Made by a program: the position numbers and the translations under genes. DNA of 64,000 bases, from contig JBBSNY010000010.1 of NCBI GenBank assembly GCA_038260305.1, positions 582 through 64,581 on the forward strand, given 5' to 3'. The DNA is from Solirubrobacterales bacterium (GTDB lineage: Bacteria > Actinomycetota > Thermoleophilia > Solirubrobacterales > Solirubrobacteraceae). Of this stretch, positions 8,827 through 18,100 are shown piece after piece (position 1 is the first letter of the stretch; every line of letters starts with the position of its first letter). The notes under the pieces are model-generated. The model made no database searches. It was not told where the DNA came from and was given only the letters and a program-made list of their open reading frames with translations.

Positions 8827-9384
8827 TTAGATCAGGCTTGGCCTTGAGACAGACCGGTCACCCGCGGTGGCGCGCCGGTACTCGACGCATGCCATCCCGA
8901 AGACGGGATCCTCGAAGCGGTCGCGTGTCAGGCTCCAGCCCTCGCGCTCGTAGAAGCGCCGCCCGCGACCATGGTCGGCCGGCGTCCACAGCCGCAGCGC
9001 GCGGTAGCCCTGATCGGCGGCGGCTTTCATCGCGTCCGTGTGCAGGAGCGTCGCGAGGCCTCCGCCCCACCATTCGCGGGCGATGAAGAGCTGCCAGAAA
9101 TGCAGCAGCCCCGGCTCGTCGTCGGGGACGCGCGAGTCGGTGGCGGGCAACCAGCCGACATGGCCGACGAGGCGCTCGCCGTCGTGCGCCAGGCAACACC
9201 AGGCGGTCGGCTTGGCGAGCGTCGCCGCGATGCGGCCGCGCTCGCCGTCGAGGCTCGGCGGCTCCCAGCCCGGCGGCCCGAAGTCCTTGTAGCTCTCGAA
9301 GCCGGCATAGACGAGCTCGGCGATCTGAGGCGCGTCGTCGGCGATCCCGGAGCGGAAGGCGAGCTCGTCGCAGGGCGATTGCAT
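8827..9384 (-). CDS. GNAT family N-acetyltransferase
   Basis: ORF 8827..9537(-), trimmed to ATG 9384 (MQSPCDELAFRSGIADDAPQI). Acetyl-CoA motif region FIAREWWGGGLATLL and C-terminal FYEREGW. Confidence 0.8.
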   Translation of the reverse strand: MQSPCDELAFRSGIADDAPQIAELVYAGFESYKDFGPPGWEPPSLDGERGRIAATLAKPTAWCCLAHDGERLVGHVGWLPATDSRVPDDEPGLLHFWQLFIAREWWGGGLATLLHTDAMKAAADQGYRALRLWTPADHGRGRRFYEREGWSLTRDRFEDPVFGMACVEYRRATAGDRSVSRPSLI

Positions 9385-9442
9385 CGCCAGCGGACGATAC
9401 GCCCGCCACCCCGCGGCGCCGCGGGAGGACGGGCGCCGTCGA

Positions 9443-10405
9443 TCAGCTGCAGATGTTCGTGGGCGCGTACGTGTGGGACACGATGCCGATGCCCGGGACG
9501 GAGAGGTAGATCGTGTCGCCGTCGACAGCCATCGCATCGTACGGGTAGCCGTCCTCGTCGTCGGGGCCGGCCGGGTTCGTCACGACCTCGTCGTCGGTGC
9601 ACGTCGAGGTGGTCCGGAACAGAACCGCCTGGTTGGGGTCGCCGGCGTGCAGCGCGTCGACGAGCGACCACAGGCGCGCGCCGGCGCCGAGCGTGAGACC
9701 CACGACGTTCTCGTCGCTATCCCCCTCGGACCCGGCGACGAACGCCGACCGCAGGTGCGTCCCGTTGACGGTCTGAGCGAACGCGTATGAGTAGACGTCT
9801 GCGGCGACGGCGCCGACGTTCGTCCCGCGCAGATCGACCCAACGGATGCTGTCGATGCCGAACTTCCTGGCGTCCTTCGGCAGCGACAGGTGCTTGGGGG
9901 CGCCGGCGCCCCTGCGCACGAACAGACCTGAGCGGCTCGGGTCGTGGACGCGCGACTTGCCTTTGGTCTTCGTGCATTCGAGGCCGTAGGCGACACGCTC
10001 GAGCCAGCGCGACGGCGCCGTCGTCAGCGAGCAGTTGGATGGGGCGAGCTTCTTGTAGGAGCTGCGATGGCCCGCGAGGTCGTCGGAGTAGGCCTTGCAG
10101 CTCTTCGTACCAGCGCAACGCACGTAAGTGAGCACGAGCCTGCCGTGGCCGTCGTGGCCGAGGTCGAGCGACGGGTAGTAGCCCGTCGGCGCGCCCTGCA
10201 CCGGCCCGATCGTGCCGTCGGTGCCGCGCTGCATGAGCTGGTTGTTCGGGAAGCTGCCGGTCTTCCAGACGACGACGCCGTCGAGGGCGGTCATGCGCTG
10301 GGCATCGACGCCGGGCACGACGACGGTGTCGGCGGCATTGGCGGTGGCGGGAAGCGCGGCGAGCGCGGCGAGCGTCAGTGCGGAGAGGAGGGTTCGCTTG
10401 AGCAT
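9443..10405 (-). CDS. secreted protein of unknown function
   Basis: ORF 9443..10810(-), trimmed to ATG 10405. Signal peptide MLKRTLLSALTLAALAALPATANA. Several Cys pairs. No family recognised. Confidence 0.6.
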   Translation of the reverse strand: MLKRTLLSALTLAALAALPATANAADTVVVPGVDAQRMTALDGVVVWKTGSFPNNQLMQRGTDGTIGPVQGAPTGYYPSLDLGHDGHGRLVLTYVRCAGTKSCKAYSDDLAGHRSSYKKLAPSNCSLTTAPSRWLERVAYGLECTKTKGKSRVHDPSRSGLFVRRGAGAPKHLSLPKDARKFGIDSIRWVDLRGTNVGAVAADVYSYAFAQTVNGTHLRSAFVAGSEGDSDENVVGLTLGAGARLWSLVDALHAGDPNQAVLFRTTSTCTDDEVVTNPAGPDDEDGYPYDAMAVDGDTIYLSVPGIGIVSHTYAPTNICS

Positions 10406-10540
10406 GCAGCGATTGTGCGGGCGCGCGCGGCGGCGCGGTGCAAACCAAGGTGTAGAGATCGCCCCCCTACGGCCGCGCTCTATCGTCGCTGCTTCCGATG
10501 ACCGCGTTCTGGATCGTCTTCGGATTTCTCGTTCTACGGC

Positions 10541-10663
10541 GTGTTGAGCGAGATCGTCTGGCTGACGGCCGGCTTCGTCGCGCGCTGGTACGGCGTGGCC
10601 GTGGCGGTCATCGTCGTGGTCGTCGGCCTGCCCGCCCTCGTGCTGTCCGGGTCGCAGTTCTGA
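10541..10663 (+). CDS. small hydrophobic protein (40 aa from GTG; possibly a frameshifted ~55-aa two-helix protein starting at ATG 10498)
   Basis: My translation: VLSEIVWLTAGFVARWYGVAVAVIVVVVGLPALVLSGSQF, with strong G/C at third codon positions. ATG 10498 (MTAFWIVFGF) is in another frame and would join at the T-run 10525-10527. Confidence 0.35.
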   Translation: MLSEIVWLTAGFVARWYGVAVAVIVVVVGLPALVLSGSQF

Positions 10664-10664
10664 G

Positions 10665-10930
10665 TCATTCCCACGGCAGCGGGATGGCGAGCGTGCGGCT
10701 CGCGGCGTCGGCGTAGAACGCACACGACCGCAACGTGCTCGGCGAGCCCGGGACGAGGGTCGCGGCCCGCGGTCCACGGGGACGCCGTGGCGTTCGTGGC
10801 CGAGCCGCACGACCGTGCGGCTGGGCGCGGGCTCCAGGCGCGGCAGGGCGATCGCGCCCTCCGCGAGCTCGACCGCGAGGATCCGCCAGCCGTCGGCGCG
10901 CGGGGCGGTACTTCTCGGCGCTCAACGCGC
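10665..10930 (-). pseudogene. possible C-terminal remnant of a SpoU/TrmH-type RNA methyltransferase
   Basis: Coding-like stretch with no start codon: DGWRILAVELAEGAIALPRLEPAPSRTVVRLGHERHGVPVD. The continuation needs two frame changes (..DPRPGLAEHVAVV.. then ..AFYADAASRTLAIPLPWE*). It resembles the TrmH pattern (substrate-domain strand, GxExxG, IPxxG..SLNV..A..Y) from memory only. Confidence 0.3.
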
Positions 10931-11029
10931 CCAGGCTTGTGCCTTTCCTTGGTCATGGGATGAGGGTACGCCGCGCGTGGGTCGGGCGGGCGCGCGGCGG
11001 GAGGGCGCGGCGCGGCGCGGCGCGAGCGG

Positions 11030-12046
11030 TCAGGCGCCCTTGCGGGCGCGGCTGGGGGCGACCCGCGAGGGCTCGTCGGGCATCTTCGGATAGACGGGCG
11101 GCCACGGTGCGTCGTGCAGGCCGTTCGCGCGGTCGCGTTCGTGCATGTCCAGCAGCGGCTCGAGCGACTGGGGAGCGTCGTTGATCGCCTCCCACGGGTC
11201 GCTGTGGTCCGCGAGATGCTGTGGCACGGTGGCCATCGTGAGCTCGTCGGGATGCAGCTCGTCGACGTCCTCCCAGCGCAACGGCGTGGAGACCTGCGCC
11301 CCCTTTCGCGCGCGTACCGACCAGGCGCCGAAGACGGTCTTGTGCGGCGCGTTCTGGTTGAAGTCGACGAAGATCCGTCGACCGCGCTCCTCCTTCCACC
11401 AGGCGGCGGTCAGGATGTCGGGCCGGCGGCGCTCGAGCTCGCGCGCGATCGCGACGGCAGCCGAGCGCACCTCGTAGGAGTCCCACTTGGGCTGCAGCCG
11501 GACGTAGACGTGCAGGCCGCGGTTGCCGGTGGTCTTGGGGTAGCTGGTGATGCCCAGCTCCTCGAGCAGCTTGTGGACCTCGGTGGCGGCTTTGCGGACA
11601 TCGGTGAAGTCGGTGCCGGGCTGCGGGTCCAGGTCGAGCCTCAGCTCGTCGCAGTGGTCGGGATCGTCCGCGAGGTACGGCCAGACGTGAAAGCCGAGGC
11701 AGGCGAGGTTGACCGCCCACGCGACGTGCGCGCTGTCGGCCGCGACGAGCGCGCGCGACGGCGTGCCGTTGACGGTCTGCACCGTCGTCGTCTGCAGCCA
11801 GTCAGGCGCGCTGTCGGGCACGCGTTTCTGAAAGAACGACGGCCCGCCGGCGCCCTTGGGGAAGCGCTGCATGAGGACCGGCCGCCCGCCCATCGTCCGC
11901 AGCAGCGGCTCGGCGACGGCGACGTAGTAGTCGACGAGGTCGCGCTTGGTCTCGCCGCGCTCGGCGAACAGAACCTTGCCAGGGCTGGTGATGCGAACAT
12001 GTTGGCCGTCGAGCTCGAGAATCTGGGCGTCGTCTTTGGAGGCCAC
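11030..12046 (-). CDS. ligD: LigD polymerase (primase-polymerase) domain protein, NHEJ
   Basis: ORF 11030..12292(-), trimmed to GTG 12046 (VASKDDAQILELDGQHVRITSPGKVLF). Matching stretches: RDLVDYYVAVAEPLL, GRPVLMQRFPKG, DELRLDLDP, YPKTTGNRGLHVYV, IFVDFNQN. No ligase or nuclease domain. Confidence 0.9.
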   Translation of the reverse strand: MASKDDAQILELDGQHVRITSPGKVLFAERGETKRDLVDYYVAVAEPLLRTMGGRPVLMQRFPKGAGGPSFFQKRVPDSAPDWLQTTTVQTVNGTPSRALVAADSAHVAWAVNLACLGFHVWPYLADDPDHCDELRLDLDPQPGTDFTDVRKAATEVHKLLEELGITSYPKTTGNRGLHVYVRLQPKWDSYEVRSAAVAIARELERRRPDILTAAWWKEERGRRIFVDFNQNAPHKTVFGAWSVRARKGAQVSTPLRWEDVDELHPDELTMATVPQHLADHSDPWEAINDAPQSLEPLLDMHERDRANGLHDAPWPPVYPKMPDEPSRVAPSRARKGA

Positions 12047-12329
12047 TGGCCGCAACCGTACCGAGGGCTGGCAGCGGAGCAAACAGGAGACGATGAGGGG
12101 ACGGCCCGGCCCCTGCCGGCGGGACCGCCCATAGGGGTAACGAGACGACGGGCGGTAGGTATCGGTGTTGGCGGATGTAGCGCGGGTCTGCGGTGTAGGC
12201 ATACGCGCAACCTTGCCAACGAGGGCGAGCAACGGCTCGCGGGCCCGCTGCTCGTACCGGAGCATTCCTCCTGTGATGGCGATGTCGCGCATTGCGCAAG
12301 CACGTCAACACCATTGGGATGGTCCCCTC

Positions 12330-12369
12330 TGCACCAACGATAGTGTCCACTGTGCACCAATGATAGTGT
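12330..12369 (+). promoter_or_regulatory. two 17-bp direct repeats immediately upstream of the DUF4143 ATPase start
   Basis: tgcaccaacgatagtgt (12330-12346) and tgcaccaatgatagtgt (12353-12369), 16/17 identical, 23-bp period, in a locally AT-richer stretch ending 6 nt before GTG 12376. Confidence 0.4.
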
Positions 12370-12375
12370 TAGTTC

Positions 12376-13659
12376 GTGCCTCGGAGCCACGGCTACCAGC
12401 GTCGGGTCCTCGATGACGAGCTCGACGCGCTCATGCTCGGCCTGCCCGCGATTGCCTTGGAGGGGCCGAAAGCCGTCGGCAAGACGGCTACCGCTTTGGA
12501 GCGGGCGGCAACTGTGCACGAGCTCGACGACCCCGACCAGCGCGCGGTCGCGGAGGCCGATCCGGACCGTCTGCTCGCCGCCACACCACCGGTGCTCATC
12601 GACGAGTGGCAATTCGTCCCAGCAGTGTGGGACCGGGTCCGTCGTGCGGTCGACGCTGATCGCACTCCTGGTCGGTTCCTCCTGACCGGCTCCTCCTCGC
12701 CAGTGGAGCGCGGGACGCACTCCGGTGCGGGGCGCGTCGTCGATCTACGGATGCGCCCGTTCGCGCTCGCCGAACGGCTGGCGCAGCCGCCGAGCGTCAG
12801 CCTTGAAGAGCTGCTCCGAGGCCGGCGCCCGGTCATCGCCGGACAGTGCAGCCTGACGCTGGAGGACTACACCGACGAGGTCCTCCGCTCGGGCTTCCCC
12901 GGACTGCGTGGGCTTCCAGAGCGTGCGTCGAGAGCGCAACTCGACGCCTACCTGCGGCGCGTCGTCGATCGCGATTTCCCTGAGCTCGGGCGTGCCGTTC
13001 GCAACCCGACCCTGTTGCGGCGGTGGATGGCGGCGTACGCGGCGGCCACGGCGACGTCGACGTCGTTCGAGAAGATTCGTGCGGCAGCGACGGGCGGCGA
13101 GGATGACAAGCCGGCAAAGACGACCGCTCGGGCCTACCGCGACATCCTCGAGCGCCTCTTCATCCTCGACGACCTGCCCGGATGGCAGCCCTCGCGTAAC
13201 CACATCGCGCAGTTCGCCCTGCCCCCAAAGCACCATCTCGCAGACCCAGCCTTAGCTGCCCGGCTACTGGGCGCGGACCGCGACACGCTCCTCAGAGGCT
13301 CGTCGTCCGGGCCGACCGTTCCACGCGACGGCACGCTGCTCGGCGCCCTCTTCGAGTCCCTCGTGACGCTGTCGGTACGGGTGTACGCCCAGGCGGCAGA
13401 GGCCTCCGTCGGACACCTGCGCACGAAGGGAGGCAGGCACGAGGTCGACCTCATCGTCGAGCGCCCCGACGGCAAGGTCATCGCCATCGAGGTCAAGCTG
13501 GGGGCAACCCCTCGCAGCGCCGATACCAAGCACCTGAGCTGGCTGACCGCGGAACTCGGCGACGACCTCCTCGACGCCGTCGTGATCACGACCGGCCGCG
13601 ACGCCTACCGGCGCGAGGACGGCATCGCCATCGTGCCCGCCGCCCTTCTCGGACCCTGA
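12376..13659 (+). CDS. AAA-domain ATPase with DUF4143 C-terminal domain
   Basis: ORF 12376..13659(+). Walker A-like LEGPKAVGKTATA and Walker B-like VLIDEWQ. FLLTGSS and HEVDLIVE..KVIAIEVK are typical of AAA_14+DUF4143 proteins (recognised from memory). Confidence 0.8.
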   Translation: MPRSHGYQRRVLDDELDALMLGLPAIALEGPKAVGKTATALERAATVHELDDPDQRAVAEADPDRLLAATPPVLIDEWQFVPAVWDRVRRAVDADRTPGRFLLTGSSSPVERGTHSGAGRVVDLRMRPFALAERLAQPPSVSLEELLRGRRPVIAGQCSLTLEDYTDEVLRSGFPGLRGLPERASRAQLDAYLRRVVDRDFPELGRAVRNPTLLRRWMAAYAAATATSTSFEKIRAAATGGEDDKPAKTTARAYRDILERLFILDDLPGWQPSRNHIAQFALPPKHHLADPALAARLLGADRDTLLRGSSSGPTVPRDGTLLGALFESLVTLSVRVYAQAAEASVGHLRTKGGRHEVDLIVERPDGKVIAIEVKLGATPRSADTKHLSWLTAELGDDLLDAVVITTGRDAYRREDGIAIVPAALLGP

Positions 13660-13821
13660 GGACCGCACGGCGGAACTCCAGGTCGTCGTGGATCAAGGCC
13701 TGCACGTTCTGCCGGACGAACGCCAACCTTCGCGGGCGTCGAGTTGGCAGCGCGCTTCGTGGGAGTCTCCCCCGGATCATCGCATCGCGGAGCGGAGGAC
13801 GGGACCGTACATCGACGGCGT

Positions 13822-15078
13822 CTACTCAGACGGTGTGCGGTCGCTCTGGCCGAAATGAGCCGAGGCAGCCCGCAGGTCGCCGATCAGCTCGACCACCGTC
13901 TGCTCCTCCTGCACGATGCGACCGACTGTGGCCATCGCGGTGGCGAGCTCCGCGAGCGACGCGTCATCGGGGGGCGCCAGCGGGCGCCGATCCGCCAAAA
14001 CGCTGCCGCCGCCGGCGTGCCGGTGGTACTCGTCGGGGTTCATCCGCCAGAGGCGCCCGTTCGTGATCGCGAGGAGACGGTCGAGGATGCGCAGGCCCTC
14101 GGGATCCATGTCGCCGTGGTGGCGGGGCGCAGCGCCGCCCTCGATCGTCGCCCGCAGCAGGCGCAAACAGGCCGTTGATGGCCATCCGCTCGTACACACG
14201 AGCGGTGGGCAGTTCTCGCCGAGGTCGTCGGCGGCCGCGGTCATGACGTCGGGGTTCTCGCAGGTGAAGACCGTTGGGCCGCATGCCAGGCACGAGATAC
14301 CGCGCAGTTCTCGCAGCGTCAGCACGCGTGGCTGCGGACATCCGGGCCACACGCCCAGGCACAACACGGTGCTCGACAGCTCGTCACAGCCGAGGCCCCA
14401 GCGGTCATAGCGTGCCCGTCGCGCCTCCGCGCCGCCGCCGCCGGAATCGGTCTCGCCGTCGAGTGCCGCCAGCGCTCGTCGTACCGCCCCGTCGAGCGAG
14501 CGGTCGCGATCGAGGGCATGCGGATCGCCGCCGCAGCACGACGCGGCGAAGCGCGCGAGTGTCTGCGGCGGATCGGCCGGGAGCGCCGCGACGACGGCGA
14601 GCGCGTGTTGCAGGAGCCCGAATGGGTCGCCGCCGCCGGTCCGGGCCGCGGCGCCGGTGGCGCGTTCGCGTTCGAGCCACGACTCGAGATCGGGGTGGCG
14701 GCGCAGCGCCGGGTGCGAGCGCAGCGCGCCCCAGCCGCCCTCGAGTGCCGCGGCCGCGGTGAGCCGGGCCGCACGGCGGTCGACGAGCGGGGCGCCGCCG
14801 AAGCCGGCGCACGACTCGACAAGCCCGCCGGCAAAGCGGGGGGACTCCCGCATCGCCGCGTCGAGCGCGGCGAGATCGACGCTCGCCGTCGCGCCGGGGA
14901 GCACCGCTCGCCAGCGCGGCCCGAGCAACCCCGACAACTCACGGATCTCATCCTCGCGAAGGTCCGCGAGGCGCAGGCGCCCGGCCGCGCGCAGGCCGTT
15001 GCGTTCAAGGCGCCGCGCGGCGTCGCGCAGAACGCGTGTGAGGCCGCCGGGGCCCGGCACCGGCTCTGCGGGGCTCAC
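13822..15078 (-). CDS. jetD: Wadjet type II JetD-like protein (TIGR02679/DUF2399, Toprim-like C-terminus)
   Basis: ORF 13822..15294(-), trimmed to GTG 15078 (VSPAEPVPGPGGLTRVL). C-terminal VFTCENPDV...PLVCTSGWPSTACLRLL...HHGDMDPEGLRILDRLL. Last gene of the four-gene operon. Confidence 0.8.
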   Translation of the reverse strand: MSPAEPVPGPGGLTRVLRDAARRLERNGLRAAGRLRLADLREDEIRELSGLLGPRWRAVLPGATASVDLAALDAAMRESPRFAGGLVESCAGFGGAPLVDRRAARLTAAAALEGGWGALRSHPALRRHPDLESWLERERATGAAARTGGGDPFGLLQHALAVVAALPADPPQTLARFAASCCGGDPHALDRDRSLDGAVRRALAALDGETDSGGGGAEARRARYDRWGLGCDELSSTVLCLGVWPGCPQPRVLTLRELRGISCLACGPTVFTCENPDVMTAAADDLGENCPPLVCTSGWPSTACLRLLRATIEGGAAPRHHGDMDPEGLRILDRLLAITNGRLWRMNPDEYHRHAGGGSVLADRRPLAPPDDASLAELATAMATVGRIVQEEQTVVELIGDLRAASAHFGQSDRTPSE

Positions 15079-15179
15079 CCGTTGACGACCTCCGTCTCGC
15101 AGCACCCACGCGCGGCGATCGGCTGCGGCTGCGGCTCCGGCTGCGGCTTGGAGCGGGTCACCCGTCGACGACCTCCGTC
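15075..15179. repeat. direct duplication of the jetC-stop/jetD-start junction (22-nt repeats, 83-bp period)
   Basis: tcacccgttgacgacctccgtc (15075-15096) against tcacccgtcgacgacctccgtc (15158-15179), 21/22 identical. The spacer contains ggctgc/ggctcc hexamer repeats. Confidence 0.8.
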
Positions 15180-18100
15180 GTCGTTTGCCCGTCCCACACG
15201 AAATGCTGGGCCCACACCCCCCACTCGGCGTTCTCGCGATGCAGCTCGTAGAAGCCGACGCGCGGGACGGTGGCGACGCACGGGTTGAGGTCATACGACG
15301 TCATCACCCAGTCCAGATCGAGCTCGACGAGCAGCGCGAAGACCTGCTCGCGGGTCTGTGGGTCGATGCCGTCCATCGCCTCGTCGAGCGCGACGATGCG
15401 CGGCGCACCGGGCGCGAGGTCATACAGCGCCGCGGCCGTCGCGAACAGCGGCAGGTGCATCAGCACCGACTGCTCGCCGCCGGAACCGAGGCCCTGCGTG
15501 CGCGGTGTGAGCTTGCGAACCGAGCCGTCGGGCTCGTGCAGGTGCAGCGTGAAGCGCCACCAACGCCGGTAGTCCAGTGCCACCGACAGGTGGTCGACGA
15601 TCGCCGTCTGCGACGCCTCGTCGGCGGCACCCGCCCGCGCGTCGGCGATCCGCTGCTCGAGGAAGGCAAACAGCGCGTCGCGCTGCGCCTTGGCGACGTG
15701 CTCGGTCGACCGGTCGCCCAGCAACGCGAGCACCGCCGCCGGCGCGCCCGCATCCTCGTCGACGTCCCACGACAGGCTGACGCTGCGCCCGGCGCCCGTC
15801 GGGCAGCGTCGGAGGATCTCGTTGCGGGCGCGCACGGTCGCCCGGACCGTCGTGATCCGCCCGCGCAGGTGCTCGGCGATCTCGGCGAGCAGCGCCTTGC
15901 CGAGCACCTCGCGGCGCCGCGCCGACAGCACCTGCTCGCGGTGCTCAAGGTCGCCGTCGAGGTCTGAGAGCATCGTCGACGGCGTACGGCGGTGGCCTGC
16001 CCGCGTGATCTCCACGAGGGTGAGGTCGTCGCTTGTGAACGACACCGCGTCCATGTCGAACGCCACCAGCTTCTGACCCAGCCGGCTGACAGCATCGCTG
16101 AGGCGCCGCGCGCGGGCGGACAGGTCGACGTTCGCATCGAGCACTGGGAGCGCCCGGACCCGGTCGAGCGCGGTCGTCAGCGGCCACGTCGCGGCCAGGC
16201 GCTCGTCCTCCGGTGACGCATGCGGACCGACCGCCGCCGTGAAGAGGTCATGCTCGCCGAGCCTCCGAACCCCGTCCAGCGCGGCGACGCGCTCCGTCTC
16301 CGCGATCGCAACCTGGGCGACCGCCTCGCCCGCGAGCCGCTCGGTGTCCTTCGCCGCGCCGATCGCGTCGCGATGTGCCTGCTCGGCGCCATCGCGCGCG
16401 CCATCGAGGCGATGGATGTCGGCGCGCAGGGCGGCCACGCGCGCACGCAGTTCGGACACGCTGGCACCGTCCGTCGTCTCGGCGGCCGCGAGTCGACCGG
16501 CCGCGGAGGCCTCGTCGTCCTGAGCCGCCCGCAGATCGTCGGCCGCCTCGCGGTGAGCGGTCTCGGCGTCGCCCAACGCGCGCCGCGCCGCGTCGACGCG
16601 GCACCGTGCACCGGCGGCATCGAGCAGCGCCTGCTGGGTGCGTTCGCATTCGAAGCCGGCGCGATCGATCGCCTCGGCCGCGGCGCGCAGCGCCGCCGCG
16701 TCCGTCGGCAGTCGCGTGGAGCCCGCGTGGGCGTGAAGCGCGTCGCGCGCGCCGGATACGTCGCGCTCGTATCGCTCGCGCTGCACGACGAGCTCGCTCA
16801 GCTGCTCCTCCCGCGCGGCGAGGCGATCCGCCGTCCGGCGCTCCGCGCGCAGCGCGCTGCGCAGCTCGGCGACATCGGGCAGCGACCGCCGCTCGCGGGC
16901 GAGCTGTTCGCGCGCCGCGGCGACCTGTTCGAGCTCCGCGTCGACGCGCTGCAGCTCCTCCTCGAGGCCGCCGACAACGGCCCGCGCCTGCGACAGCAGG
17001 CGCTCGCGGAGCGCGGCGCGGGCGGCGGCGCCGATGTACTCGGCGACCGGCTTGGCGGCGCGTCCGCGCAGGGGGCCGAAGCGAAAGCGCCCGGGCGCGA
17101 CGCTGACCGGGCCGTCGAGCGCAATCGACCGCAGGACACGCGTCACGACCGCAGCGTCGATCGAGCGCGCGCCCGGGGCCGCCACGAGCATGTCCGCGAG
17201 CGTCGCGCGTGTGCCCGCCCCCGCGCCACCGGTGTCAAGATCCCCGTCGGCTATCAGAGTCAGATCGGCGTCGTGCACGCTGCCGTCCGGCGCGATCCAG
17301 GCATCGAGGATTCCGGCATCCTCGAGCGCGGCTTCGAGCAGCGGTCGCTGCTCGTCCGGCAGGTCCGCTGCGAAGTCGCAGACCGCCCACAGCGGCGCGC
17401 CGGGCCGGCCGTCGCGCGAAGCGCGGCGCGGATGCAGCACCGGAGGCTCCGGATCCTGGCGCTCCTCGATCTCCCCCACGCGGGCGACGGCGCTGGCCAG
17501 CTCGGCGCTCAGGGTGGAGCGCCGGCTCGTGACCCGCGCCTGCTCCCCGGCGAGCTCGTCGACCCGTCCGGCCGCGAGCTCGGTCAGCAGCGCGCCGGGA
17601 TCGCCGTCCTGCGCGGCGAGCGCGGCGAGCCGCTCGAGCTGCTCGTCGCCGATCGACAGCTCGCGCAATGACAGCCGCCACGCCTGCAGCCCGTCATCGA
17701 AGCACTCCAACGCGTCCTCCAACAGCGAGTGGCACGTCGCGGCAGCCACCGCAGCCTCGTCGCGCCTCGTCGCCGCGAGCGCGAGCGGGTCGGCGATCGC
17801 GCGCATCACCTCGAGCGCGGACGCGAGCGTGGCGGCGAGCATGCTCGCGCGCTGCACGTCCTGGGCACGAACCGCCATCCGACCAGGGAGCGCGTCGAGC
17901 GCGGCTCGCTCCGCGACCGGGCAGTCGAGGCCGACCTGCGACAGGAGCGCGGCGAGCCGCGCGAGCACCGCCGTGACCGCTTCCTCCGCGGCAAGCGCGG
18001 CCGCCTGCTCCTCGGCGAGCAGCGTGCCGGCCACGTCGAGCTGGTCGTGCAACCGGGTCGCACTTGCACCCGCCCGCGCCGCCCGCCGCTGCGCCTGCTC

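Noticed and set aside
12056-12375. att site (repeat of the tRNA-Pro 3' end) or integrase marking the far end of the island
   Set aside because: I found only a weak 9/11 match (gggaccgccca against gcgaccgcccg), and there is no integrase ORF anywhere between 12 and 24 kb. The evidence is insufficient to call a mobile element.
13660-13780. Coding-like minus-strand fragment LAFVRQNVQALIHDDLEFRRAVL between the DUF4143 ATPase and jetD
   Set aside because: Only about 25 codons have good bias. It runs into the ATPase 3' end, has no recognisable family and no credible stop/start pair. It could be a gene relic but cannot be supported.
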